DNA from: Kiritimatiellia bacterium | GTDB lineage: Bacteria; Verrucomicrobiota; Kiritimatiellia; RFP12; JBMNHG01 | DNA length: 64,000 nt | Assembly: GCA_050950285.1 (NCBI GenBank) | Contig: JBMNHG010000002.1 | Location: 504,654-568,653, forward strand | Reading direction: 5' to 3' | Program-made: the position numbers and the translations under genes | Part shown: in pieces, positions 53,381-62,284 of the stretch | Layout of the letters: each line of letters starts with the position of its first letter | How positions within the stretch are numbered: position 1 is the first letter of the stretch | The notes under the pieces: generated by a model | Seen by the model: the letters and a program-made list of their open reading frames with translations, nothing else | Told to the model about the DNA's origin: nothing | Database searches by the model: none

Positions 53381-55015
53381 TTACCGGACGAACAGGATGG
53401 TGCCGGGGATGCTGGCGGAGGTATACACCAGCTTCCGGGAATCGACGATGGAAAGGGTCCCGTGCCAGTTGGGGTTGTCGACCCACGTGACGTTGTCGAT
53501 GAGGCGTCCGAAGAACGCGGCGGTGTCGTAGCCGTTGGCGGTGGACGCCGTCGAGGCTTCCATCAGGGTGACGCTGGTCTTGATATTGGCCTTGTCGAAC
53601 TCGCGGGTGGAGAGTTTCAGCGCCGGAGGCGCGGCGCTTCCGTCGGTCCCGTCGATGCAGCCGACGGCATAGACCGGGGCGCGCGCGGCGCCGGTTCCAT
53701 CATGGTATCCCTCCACCGGGAGCTCGAACTCGATCGTGGTGCCGTAGTTGAAGGCCATCGGGCGCTGCTGTCCCCATTCCGTGCCCTGGGTCTGCTTGAA
53801 GAGACTGGTCGGACCTTTGATGCGGAGCGTGTTGTTCGAATTGGCGGCCTGTGAGCCGAAACGGATCCACGGGTAGATGAGCGAACCGTTGTCGATTTCA
53901 ATCACGGAGTCGCCCGTCGTGGCGCCCGTCGCGAGGTATCCGACATGGAATGCCGTGTTTCCGCCTTCGCGCGGCGTCGTGAGCAAACTGCCATCGCAGA
54001 TCCGGAGGAAGCTTCCGTTGTTGATGCTGACGCCGCGGTTGGCCGCGCACAGACCGGCTGCCACGGACGCGCCGTTGGTGAGGAGGAGCGTATGCGAACC
54101 GCTGCAGAGGAGGGAGAAGACATCGCCCCAGTTGTTCACGCCGTGGAGGCTGTGCGAACCCCCGTTGAAGACGGTGCGTCCGGACCCCCGGCACGTGATC
54201 AGGGCGGCTTCCAGTTCCGCGCCGTCGGTGAAGAGCAGTTCGGAGTCGTCGTCAAGTTTGGCGACGACGACGCCGAGACCCGAGACGCTCACGTTGCCGT
54301 TGTAGACGGAAAGCCGGGTGCCTTCGCCGGTAAAGGTGATGCGGACGGAACCGTCGACCGGGGATGCGTCGAATTGCAGGTTAGTGCACGACAGGGACGA
54401 CCCGTTTTCGAAGGTGAGATGGTGGTTCCGGCCCTGGAGCGAAAACCAGGCCATATAGGGTCTCATGCCCGATCCGATCTCGATGTCGACATTGTCGAAG
54501 ACGACGTTGGCGCCGGCGTTCTGCCATCCGGAGCGGTTGATGTAGAAGCCGTCACTGTCCTCGGTGGGCCATCCCCAGACAAGCTTTCCGCGGTGGTCCC
54601 CGATCTGGCGGATCGTGCCGTTGTGAAAGCGCAGGTCGCTGTTCGAGGCGTAGCAGCGGGTGACGATCTGGAAACTGTTCGAGACTTCCAGGCAGTGGCC
54701 GTCGAGGTCGAAATCGAGGATGCCGGAGTCGGATTCGACCCTGTACTCGAAGTTGGAGACGACGACGTCGGCATGCAGCTGGACAAAATACTCGGACTGC
54801 TCCGAAGTGTTTGCCTTGTGAAGGAAGCGAACGGTGTCGGGGTAGACGGGGGAGAAGGCGATGGGCGTGGTGTCGTCCTCGAGCCAGTTGTCGACATGGG
54901 CGAAATCGGCGAGACCGGGGGAATACTGCCAGAACAGGTTGCGGGCGGCGGCGGCGCAGGTGGCGCAGAGCGAAAGAACGGCGAGAACGGCAAGGGGGAA
55001 CGGGGTGGTCTTCAT
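53381..55015 (-). CDS. Secreted hypothetical protein (~544 aa), C-terminal GTILFVR tail
   Basis: Signal peptide MKTTPFPLAVLAVLSLCATCAAAA. Asn/Gly/Ser/Thr-rich beta-rich composition. Ends SASIPGTILFVR*. Eight bp downstream lies the start of the putative GH gene. Confidence 0.7.
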   Translation of the reverse strand: MKTTPFPLAVLAVLSLCATCAAAARNLFWQYSPGLADFAHVDNWLEDDTTPIAFSPVYPDTVRFLHKANTSEQSEYFVQLHADVVVSNFEYRVESDSGILDFDLDGHCLEVSNSFQIVTRCYASNSDLRFHNGTIRQIGDHRGKLVWGWPTEDSDGFYINRSGWQNAGANVVFDNVDIEIGSGMRPYMAWFSLQGRNHHLTFENGSSLSCTNLQFDASPVDGSVRITFTGEGTRLSVYNGNVSVSGLGVVVAKLDDDSELLFTDGAELEAALITCRGSGRTVFNGGSHSLHGVNNWGDVFSLLCSGSHTLLLTNGASVAAGLCAANRGVSINNGSFLRICDGSLLTTPREGGNTAFHVGYLATGATTGDSVIEIDNGSLIYPWIRFGSQAANSNNTLRIKGPTSLFKQTQGTEWGQQRPMAFNYGTTIEFELPVEGYHDGTGAARAPVYAVGCIDGTDGSAAPPALKLSTREFDKANIKTSVTLMEASTASTANGYDTAAFFGRLIDNVTWVDNPNWHGTLSIVDSRKLVYTSASIPGTILFVR

Positions 55016-55168
55016 GATCGCAGTCTCCTGAACGGTGTGAACGGTGTGTAATGCATTGAACCAGATGCAAATTGTGATGTCAAAAAAAAATTCCAAACAA
55101 AATTCCACGAAGCCGGGAAGACCGCGTTCGACAGGGTTGTCGATACACATTCGGACGTCATCGGCGCG

Positions 55169-55381
55169 ATGGAAAGGGACGCGATAGGCAAGATTGACTT
55201 TATCTGGGGCGACAACACCGAGGGAATCTGCCACATAATGGACAAGCATAGGTCGGATGCCGGCATGATTCCTGGAGTCATTGCGTACGGCGATGTCTTC
55301 GAGGACAAGGCCAATGGCAAGTATTACATCATAAAAAGGAAAACTGGGTATGCAGTTGACTCAACCTGCCACAACCTGTAG
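55169..55381 (+). CDS. Small ORF / gene remnant in low-GC island (70 aa; frame stays open upstream of the Met)
   Basis: GC ~48% versus 68% for the window. Protein-like sequence GKIDFIWGDNTEGICHIMDKHRSDAGMIPGVIAYGDVFEDKANGKYYIIKRKTGY. Its 3' end overlaps the left 32-bp IR (55336-55367). Probably a C-terminal fragment of a foreign gene. Confidence 0.3.
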   Translation: MERDAIGKIDFIWGDNTEGICHIMDKHRSDAGMIPGVIAYGDVFEDKANGKYYIIKRKTGYAVDSTCHNL

Positions 55382-55765
55382 TATGACCATCCATAAACGA
55401 CTATCCGACCAGCATGGCCGAATTGGACCGCAGGTTTGCGACGCAGGACGCCTGTCTGGCTTATTTGGCGACGCTGGGAACCACGAAGAGCCGCGTTCTG
55501 CTGTTTGACAAGCTACTAACTCGGCCACAATTCATACTGCAAAACAGGGGAACGGGTTTTCCAACCCGTGACACGGACAGGAATGTCCGTGCCCCTTTCC
55601 CAACTCCAAATTCCAGCTCCTCATGCCTGAATCTCCGTGAGCAGCGCTATTTGTGGCCGGGTTAGTAGCATTATTGGCGGTCGTCACAGCCCCCAACCCG
55701 CGATCAAAAATCGTGCCGCCACAAGATGTTGTGTCTGGTTGAGCCAACTGCATACCCAGTAAAGG
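55336..55765. repeat. 32-bp inverted repeats (AAAGGAAAACTGGGTATGCAGTTGACTCAACC / GGTTGAGCCAACTGCATACCCAGTAAAGGAAA) bracketing a ~430-bp segment that contains MITE copy 2
   Basis: Left IR at 55336-55367; right IR at 55734-55765 as the reverse complement with 2 mismatches. The interior holds a short ORF (MAELDRRFATQDACLAYLATL...) interrupted by the MITE. Confidence 0.6.
55516..55665. mobile_element. MITE copy 2 (150 bp, inverted relative to copy 1, TA TSD)
   Basis: CTAACTCGGCCACAA ... TTGTGGCCGGGTTAG flanked by TA (55514-55515 and 55666-55667). ~95% identical to the reverse complement of 14773-14922. Confidence 0.8.
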
Positions 55766-56446
55766 AAAAACATCGTAGTCCTGCGCAAGGGGAATGGCAC
55801 GATTCACTGCCTTGTCACCGGCTATAAATAAAGACGATGCACACGCAAGCGCAAAAATACGCAGGAACAATCAGCTCGTCGAAAAGGGAGCATAGAAATG
55901 TCGGAGGGTGTCTGGTCCGCTTTGCTAACCCGGCGGCACTTGCCGCCGAAACGGCGGACTGGCCCCAGCTACTTCCCCGTGCCTCAGCTTTGTACTTCCG
56001 GGGTGTTGCCTCGCGACGGATACGGATGTATCACTCTCCTCCCATGGAGTCAACCGTGAAACAGGAAACAGGAAAAGCAGGAGAACTCTCGACAGGGTGT
56101 TCAATGCTGGTTCCGGCTCAATTTGCCTCGAGCTCGACTCCATGGCCGGCGACATCTTCCGAATGATTGTCCATGTGGCGAAAGGACACCCCAGGATGCA
56201 GACCTTACCATTGCACATCCAAGCCGTTCCTGGGAAAGAAATGAAAAACCAGCACATCCACTCGGATTGGCCGGAAGCAAACTTCCCCATCTTACGGACT
56301 GCGCTGGAAAGACCGTGGAGGCTCTATCCCCTGCCCAAAGGCGATTCCGAGGAAGTGCACCTCCACGGTTTGACGCAAACGTAGCACCCCACACCCGACA
56401 CCGCAACCCCAAAATCAAGCGACCGCAAGCCTCGGGCAACCACAAA

Positions 56447-56493
56447 ACCACCTCACTTGTCAAAGTGAATGCGACTGGGGTGGTCGCATTTAC
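56447..56493. promoter_or_regulatory. 20-bp near-perfect palindrome CTTGTCAAAGTGAATGCGAC-tggggtg-GTCGCATTTACTTTGACAAG upstream of the 56596 gene
   Basis: One mismatch in 20 bp. Lies ~100 bp upstream of the RBS/ATG of the discoidin-PATR gene. Contains TTGACA on both arms. Confidence 0.45.
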
Positions 56494-56595
56494 TTTGACA
56501 AGGGGCGTTTTCCCTTGCCGTGTTCCCGGGAACTTGGCTATGATACGTACGCAAGTGTATTCTGTATCTTGTTCGACGCAAGGAGGTATTCTGTG

Positions 56596-59072
56596 ATGAA
56601 CCGCTCTTGTTCCCTTGTCTGGATTGCCGCATCGCTGATGGTCGCCTTGCCGGCATCGACGCATGCCGTCGAGTATGTCCAGATCGACCTTGCCGCAATC
56701 GGCGCGACGGCCGATGCCACGCATTACTACTACAACAACCCGCCCTCCAGCGGAATCGACGGGACGGTGACGACGCACTGGATGGGGAACGGAGGCGCGC
56801 CGGTCTGGTACCGCGTCGACCTGAAGTCCCCTTACACGATCGGCAAGTTCCTGTACACCACTGCGCAGGACAAGCTCCGTCAATTGCAGAATTGCAGCGT
56901 ATTCGTCACCGGAAGCTCCTCCACTGCGCCGGCGGATTGGGGGGATCCCGTGCTGACCGGCTTCAACTTCGGCACGGTCAAGACACCGCAGGAGTACATC
57001 ATCGATCCTCCCGCCACGGGGCGCTACCTCATCCTCTATGCCGAAGCATTTATCGGTCGTGGCAGCGTGGCAGAACTCGATATTTTCAAGGTTGCACCCC
57101 CCTTTGTCGCGGCGAATCCGGTCACCGGAAGCTCCACCTACCTCTCCGGAAACCAAGTGGCCGCCGACCGCATGCCCCTTGTGGAGGGCTACGACCGCTG
57201 CTGCATCACCGATTCGGCGACCCTGCCGGCGACGCCGATCGCGGATTGGACGCCCTACTCCACCAACATGGCGCCGTCGTCCGTGTCCGGAACCATCGCG
57301 CCCCCCGTCGGCAACGCCGAACTCTCGGTCTACTTCTGGCTTGCCGACTCCACCGGAACGCTTCCGCCCATGTCGGAGGTGGACACCATCACCTACACCA
57401 CCAACGCCCCCGTTCTGGTCGTGCGCGACGTCTTCAAGTCGTGCGTCACCAACGGCACCATGGCGATCACGGTGGACGACGTCGACGCCGGCACCACGGG
57501 CGGCAGCTATGGCGAGTTCCCGATGGCCGTCTTCTCCCGCACCCTCGCCTGCCCGCAGGACCTCGAGGATCCCGACGCAACGACAAGCGTCAGCCTCCAA
57601 GACGCCGCCACGGACTACACCCTGACCTTCACCGCGATGAACGTGGCGGGCGTCACCGCGACGACCACCGTGGTCGCGACCGTCCAGGGGCCGCTCTACT
57701 GGAACCCTGCGAACGCGGGCGGCGGGGCGGGAACTTGGGGCACGGAGTCGTGGAGCGACGCGCAGAACTATCCTGGCGGCGACCTCGTCGCCGGCTTCTG
57801 GACCGCCGACAAACCCTCCCCCGCAATTTTCGGCGGAGAGGCGGGCGGAAGAGTGACGATGGGGAACCTGTCCCGCTATGTCTCCCGTCTCACCGTCACC
57901 ACGCCCGGCTACAACCTGGACTACGGGCAGGTGTGGTTCGCAGACAACGGCGACGCCATCCTCGACTGCGACGTCACCATCCGTTCGCTGTGCGCGGCCA
58001 AGAACCGCACCATCACGAAGACGGGCCCCGGAACGCTCACGACGGTGGACTACATCGGCGGCAACAACGGGCGTATCGACCTCCGCGAAGGGGAAATCGT
58101 CGCCGCCACCCTGGGCATGGAAGGCGTGATCTCCGCCTATTCCAACAGCGTCATCCGCGCCGCCAAGGCCGGAATTTGCGGCGCCATGAAGAACAAGATC
58201 TACCTGTACGACGAAACGCTCTTCGACCTCGCCGGATACAACTGCGGCAACCAGATGGCCGTCCTCCAGGTCGAGAAGAACGCACGCGTCCGCGGCCAGG
58301 GCGGCACCGTTGGCGTCTACGGCTGGAACCAGAACGTCGGCGAACTGACCCTCCGCGGCAGAATCGAAATGGAGGGAGGCTCGCTTCTCCTGTGCCGCAG
58401 CGGGACTTCCCCGTGACCATGACCATCGCCGACGGCGGCCTCCTCGACCTTGGAGACGGCGGACTCCTGGCCATCGACGACGGTGCCGGCAGACTCCCGG
58501 CCTTCGCCTTCTCCGGCGACGGCGTCATCACCAACGGCTCCATCCGCCTGTGCGGAGAGATGGCGGCCGCCGCCCGAACGCAGACCTTCACGGTGGCGGA
58601 CGACACCGACGCCGTCGACTTCGCGATCTACTCCGACATCATCGACGGACTCCAGCCCGGTTGCGGCCTGACCAAGGATGGCGCGGGTGCGCTCCTGCTG
58701 GCGGGCGGCAACTCCTACACGGGCGCGACGACGGTCGCGGCGGGCGCGCTGCAACTCTCCGGCTCGCTCGCGAACGCGAAGCTTCGTGTCGACGCCGGCG
58801 CATCGTTCGAAACGCTCCCCGGCGCGATTCTCCCCGTGAACGAGGGCGACGCGATCTCCGTCTCCGGAACGCTCGATCTCGCGGGAACCACGCTCGACGT
58901 GCGGCTCGAAGACAAGGCGCCGGTCGTGCTGGTCGACTACGCCGACGACGGTGCGACGGTCGAAGGCATCGAGGATGTGACCCTCCAGGGCGGATGGTAT
59001 CTTGCCAACGACACCGACAACCGCGTCGTCCACCTCCGCCCGTTGCTGGGCACCCTTCTCCTTCTCCGCTAG
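56596..59072 (+). CDS. Secreted F5/8-type-C (discoidin) domain / autotransporter-associated beta-strand-repeat protein, C-terminal GTLLLLR tail; requires a -1 frameshift near 58395-58410
   Basis: RBS AGGAGG 9 nt upstream. Signal peptide MNRSCSLVWIAASLMVALPASTHA. Discoidin-like module (VEYVQIDLAAIGATADATHYYYNNPPSSGIDGTVTTHWMGNGGAPVWYRVDL ... YLILYAEAFIGRGSVAELDIFK). PATR motifs (WNPANAGGGAGTWGTESWSDAQNYPGG). Frame 0 stops at 58416 (...LLLCRSGTSP*), but the -1 frame continues seamlessly (DFPVTMTIADGGLLDLGDGG ...) to ...LLGTLLLLR* at 59072. Confidence 0.6.
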
Positions 59073-59167
59073 CCCTCCGCGACGGGCAGGCCCGCTCGCC
59101 TGCGGTTCGGTATTTCCCTTCGTTTTTTGTGTCCACGCCCGGCGGAGGCGTGGTACGATGGACTTTC

Positions 59168-59980
59168 ATGAAACGAGGAGTCCTTCTCTTGTCCTGGGCC
59201 GCCGTGCTGGCCGTTCCGTCCTTGCGCGCCGCGAGCATGACGCCGGAGGCGGCACTGGGCGCACTGCTCTCCCGGCATGCCTCGCAGCTCGGGGCGGACG
59301 ATGCCGCCGGCGCCGCCGAAAGTTGCAGGCTGGTCCTGGACTCCGGCGCACTCGGCCGCTTCACCCCCGTGGCCGAATCGCTGCTGGGCGCGGATCTCCT
59401 CGCCCTGGGCCATGCCGAGGAGGGCGCGAAACGCCTCGGGCGGCTGCTGGTCCCCAACAGCGCGAACGCGGATGCCATCGTCCGCCTGGCGGACATCCAG
59501 GCGCGCCGCTGGCTGTCGCGCCTCGACCGGGAGGAGGTCGTGGCGGCGCTCAAGGCCTACTACGCCGCCAACGTCCGCTATCCCGACACGCTCGAACCCC
59601 TCCGCTCCCTCCGGCCGCCGCCCCCGCTCCGCGACCGCTGGGGCGAGCCGTGGAACTACCGGCTCGCGAACTTCCGGGCGTTGAAGGGCGTCTCCGCGCA
59701 GCGCTACACGCTCGAATCCCGCAACACGGGGCGCCTCTCCGACCTCGCCAAAGCGCTCCAGGCGCGCGCCACCTCCCCTGGGCCGGAAGGCTGGAGGGTC
59801 TCGCGCAGCCGCGAGGCCGGCGCCATCCTGGTCGAAACCGCCGAAGGGCGCAACTCCATCGTCCGCGAGGGCGACCTCCACGCCGGCTTCCGCTTCGCCG
59901 GATTCGCAGGAAGGTCCGCACTCTTCTCCTCGGGCGACGCCTGGTTCCTTCTCCCCCTCGCCCCCGGAGGCACGCCATGA
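59168..59980 (+). CDS. Secreted hypothetical protein (~270 aa)
   Basis: Signal peptide MKRGVLLLSWAAVLAVPSLRAAS. Stop overlaps the start of the DUF58 gene (ATGA). Confidence 0.55.
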   Translation: MKRGVLLLSWAAVLAVPSLRAASMTPEAALGALLSRHASQLGADDAAGAAESCRLVLDSGALGRFTPVAESLLGADLLALGHAEEGAKRLGRLLVPNSANADAIVRLADIQARRWLSRLDREEVVAALKAYYAANVRYPDTLEPLRSLRPPPPLRDRWGEPWNYRLANFRALKGVSAQRYTLESRNTGRLSDLAKALQARATSPGPEGWRVSRSREAGAILVETAEGRNSIVREGDLHAGFRFAGFAGRSALFSSGDAWFLLPLAPGGTP

Positions 59981-60891
59981 ACGAAGGCGACAGCGGCCTG
60001 GACTTCTTCCTGAACGCCGCCCAGCGCCGCAGGCTGGCGCGCCTTGCCCTGCAGTCGCGCGACGTGGTCGAAGGCAACCTCGCCGGACGCCACCGGAGCC
60101 CTTCGCGCGGCCAGAGCACCGAATTCGCCGACCATCGCCCCTACATCGCCGGCGACGACCTCAAGCGCCTCGACTGGAAGGTCCTCGGGCGCACCGAGCG
60201 CTACTACATCCGCCGCTACCAGGACGAGACGAACCTGCGCGTGTACCTGCTGGTGGACCGCAGCGCGTCGATGGGATACGCCTCCGACCCCTCGCTCCCC
60301 ACCAAGTTCCACTATGCCTGCCAACTCGCCGCCGCCCTGGGCTACGTGGTGGTGCGCGGGCGCGACGCCGTGGGATGGCAGGTCTTTTCCGACAAGCTCG
60401 ACGTCTCCCTCCCCGCGCGCAACTCGCTGCTCGAACTCAACAATGCGCTGAAGACGCTTCGCGCCCTCGAACCCGCCGGCGCCACCTCCACCGCGATGGC
60501 GCTGAACCTCGTGGCCGAATCCATCCAGCGCCGCGCGCTGGTGGTCGTCATCTCCGACCTGCTGGACGACGCCGCCGAGGTCACGAAGGCCCTCGCGCAC
60601 TTCCGCAAGAAGCACCACGACGTGATCGTCTTCCAGGTGCTGGACCCCCGGGAGCTCGACCTCGACTTCCGCCGCGGCGGCGAATTCGAGGACCTGGAGA
60701 CCGGCGAAACGATCACCGCCGACCCCCGTTCCGTGGCGGACGCCTACCAGGAGATCTTCGGCGAATTCCGCGAACGCTACCGCAAGGCCTGCTCCGAAAT
60801 GCGGATCGACTACTGCCTCGCCCCCACCAGCGAACCCCTCGACACCTTCGCCCGCGCCTACCTCGAGGATCGCAGGAGGCGATCGCGCTGA
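59977..60891 (+). CDS. DUF58-domain protein (MoxR/Bat-operon-type VWA-like)
   Basis: Characteristic DUF58 motif GRHRSPSRGQSTEFADHRPYIAGDDLKRLDWKVLGRTERYYIRRYQDE and a VWA-like remainder (LLVDRSASM ...). Confidence 0.75.
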   Translation: MNEGDSGLDFFLNAAQRRRLARLALQSRDVVEGNLAGRHRSPSRGQSTEFADHRPYIAGDDLKRLDWKVLGRTERYYIRRYQDETNLRVYLLVDRSASMGYASDPSLPTKFHYACQLAAALGYVVVRGRDAVGWQVFSDKLDVSLPARNSLLELNNALKTLRALEPAGATSTAMALNLVAESIQRRALVVVISDLLDDAAEVTKALAHFRKKHHDVIVFQVLDPRELDLDFRRGGEFEDLETGETITADPRSVADAYQEIFGEFRERYRKACSEMRIDYCLAPTSEPLDTFARAYLEDRRRRSR

Positions 60892-60913
60892 TCCCTCCCC
60901 CAACCCCCAATGG

Positions 60914-60952
60914 AAAAACGGCGCGCCGCCAAAAAAGCGGCGCGCCGTTTTT
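60914..60952. terminator. Bidirectional terminator A5-CGGCGCGCCGC-caaaaaa-GCGGCGCGCCG-T5
   Basis: Same palindrome family as 46534. Lies between the convergent DUF58 gene (stop 60891) and fba (stop 61085). Confidence 0.8.
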
Positions 60953-61084
60953 GCAATCCCTGCGCGGGATGGTTTTCCGCGCAAAGCCGCAAGGGACCGC
61001 AAAGGACCACGGGCGTCCGGCAAGCCGCGAACGACTCGCCCGAATCCGCAACACTTCGCGTCCGTTGCGCCTTGGCGAGAGCAA

Positions 61085-62023
61085 CTAAAGGGTCTTGCGG
61101 ACTTCGTCGGCCTGGTAGACGGAGCCGAGCAGGCAGTTCTTCTCGTAGATGAAGTCGGCGTATTCCTTCATGAAGATCTTGCCCGGATCGCGGAGGTCGA
61201 ACTTCGCGGGCTGGTCGCGGAAGAATTCGCGGTGGACGCGGCACCAGACCAGACGGCCGTCGGTGTCGATGTTGATCTTCGTGACGCCGAGCTTGGCGGC
61301 CCGGAGGAACTGCGTGGCGTCGACGCCCCTGGCGCCCTTGATCTCGCCGCCGGCGGCGTTGATGCGGGCGACTTCGCCCTGGGGGACGGAGGAGGAGCCG
61401 TGCATCACCAGCGGGAAGCCGGGAAGCTTCTTCTGGACCTCTTCGAGGATGTCGAAGCGCAGCTTCTGGTCGCCGGAGAACTTGAAGGCGCCGTGGGAGG
61501 TGCCGATCGCGCACGCGAGCGAGTCGCAGCCGGTCTTCGAGACGAAGTCGATCACTTCCTCGGGCTTGGTGTAGATGTGCTCGGCGGCGGCGACGTCTTC
61601 CTCGACACCCTTGAGCTGGCCGAGTTCGGCTTCGACCACGATGCCCTTGGCGTGGGCGGCATCGACCACGCGCCTGGTGATTTCGACGTTCTGCTCGTAC
61701 GGGAAGGCGGAGGCGTCAATCATCACGGAGGAGTACACGCCGGAGGCAATGCAGTCCATGCAGGTCTCTTCGTCGCCATGGTCCAGGTGCACGGCGAAGA
61801 TCGCTTCCGGGAAGATCTCCGCGGCGGTGGTCATCATCGCCTCGAGCATCTTCTTGTGGGTGTACTTGCGCGCGCCCTTGGAGAGCTGCACGATGAAGGG
61901 GGCCTTGCTGCGGACGTTGCCCTCGAAAAGACCCATGGTCTGCTCGAGGTTGTTGATGTTGTAGGCGCCGATGGCGTATTTGCCGTATGCGTGCTGGAAC
62001 AGTTGCTTGGTGGTGACAATCAT
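61085..62023 (-). CDS. fba: Class II fructose-bisphosphate aldolase
   Basis: MIVTTKQLFQHAYGKYAIGAYNINNLEQ ... AVHLDHG ... GTSHGAFKF ... LVMHGSSSVP: canonical FbaA/Fba class II motifs. 312 aa. The listed longer ORF to 62257 is 5' extension. Confidence 0.9.
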   Translation of the reverse strand: MIVTTKQLFQHAYGKYAIGAYNINNLEQTMGLFEGNVRSKAPFIVQLSKGARKYTHKKMLEAMMTTAAEIFPEAIFAVHLDHGDEETCMDCIASGVYSSVMIDASAFPYEQNVEITRRVVDAAHAKGIVVEAELGQLKGVEEDVAAAEHIYTKPEEVIDFVSKTGCDSLACAIGTSHGAFKFSGDQKLRFDILEEVQKKLPGFPLVMHGSSSVPQGEVARINAAGGEIKGARGVDATQFLRAAKLGVTKINIDTDGRLVWCRVHREFFRDQPAKFDLRDPGKIFMKEYADFIYEKNCLLGSVYQADEVRKTL

Positions 62024-62284
62024 GGATTTCGGACTCCTGTGGCGGGGACGCGGCCTCTCGGACAAGGCGAACCTGCCCCGGCTGGTTTGAGTGAAGATAA
62101 AGTGTAGCACACCCCCCGCCGTCCCTACAAAGCCTTTTTCGGGCCCGCGATCGGCGTCGGCGCCTCGCTTGTCAAAGGAGGCGCTTGCAAAACCCCTTGC
62201 CGGTCGGGACAGAGCCCGACCCTCCAGATGCGACCAGTGGCGATCGGCCGCCCCCATCGAGGGGCGGGCGAAGACGCGTGCGCG

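Noticed and set aside
55414-55665. 83-aa ORF spanning the MITE as a real gene
   Set aside because: Its C-terminal half is translated MITE sequence (the same sequence is non-coding in the other copy).
58392-58416. Programmed ribosomal frameshift in the 56596 gene
   Set aside because: No canonical slippery heptamer or downstream pseudoknot evident; a C4 homopolymer at the site favours an indel error or mutation.
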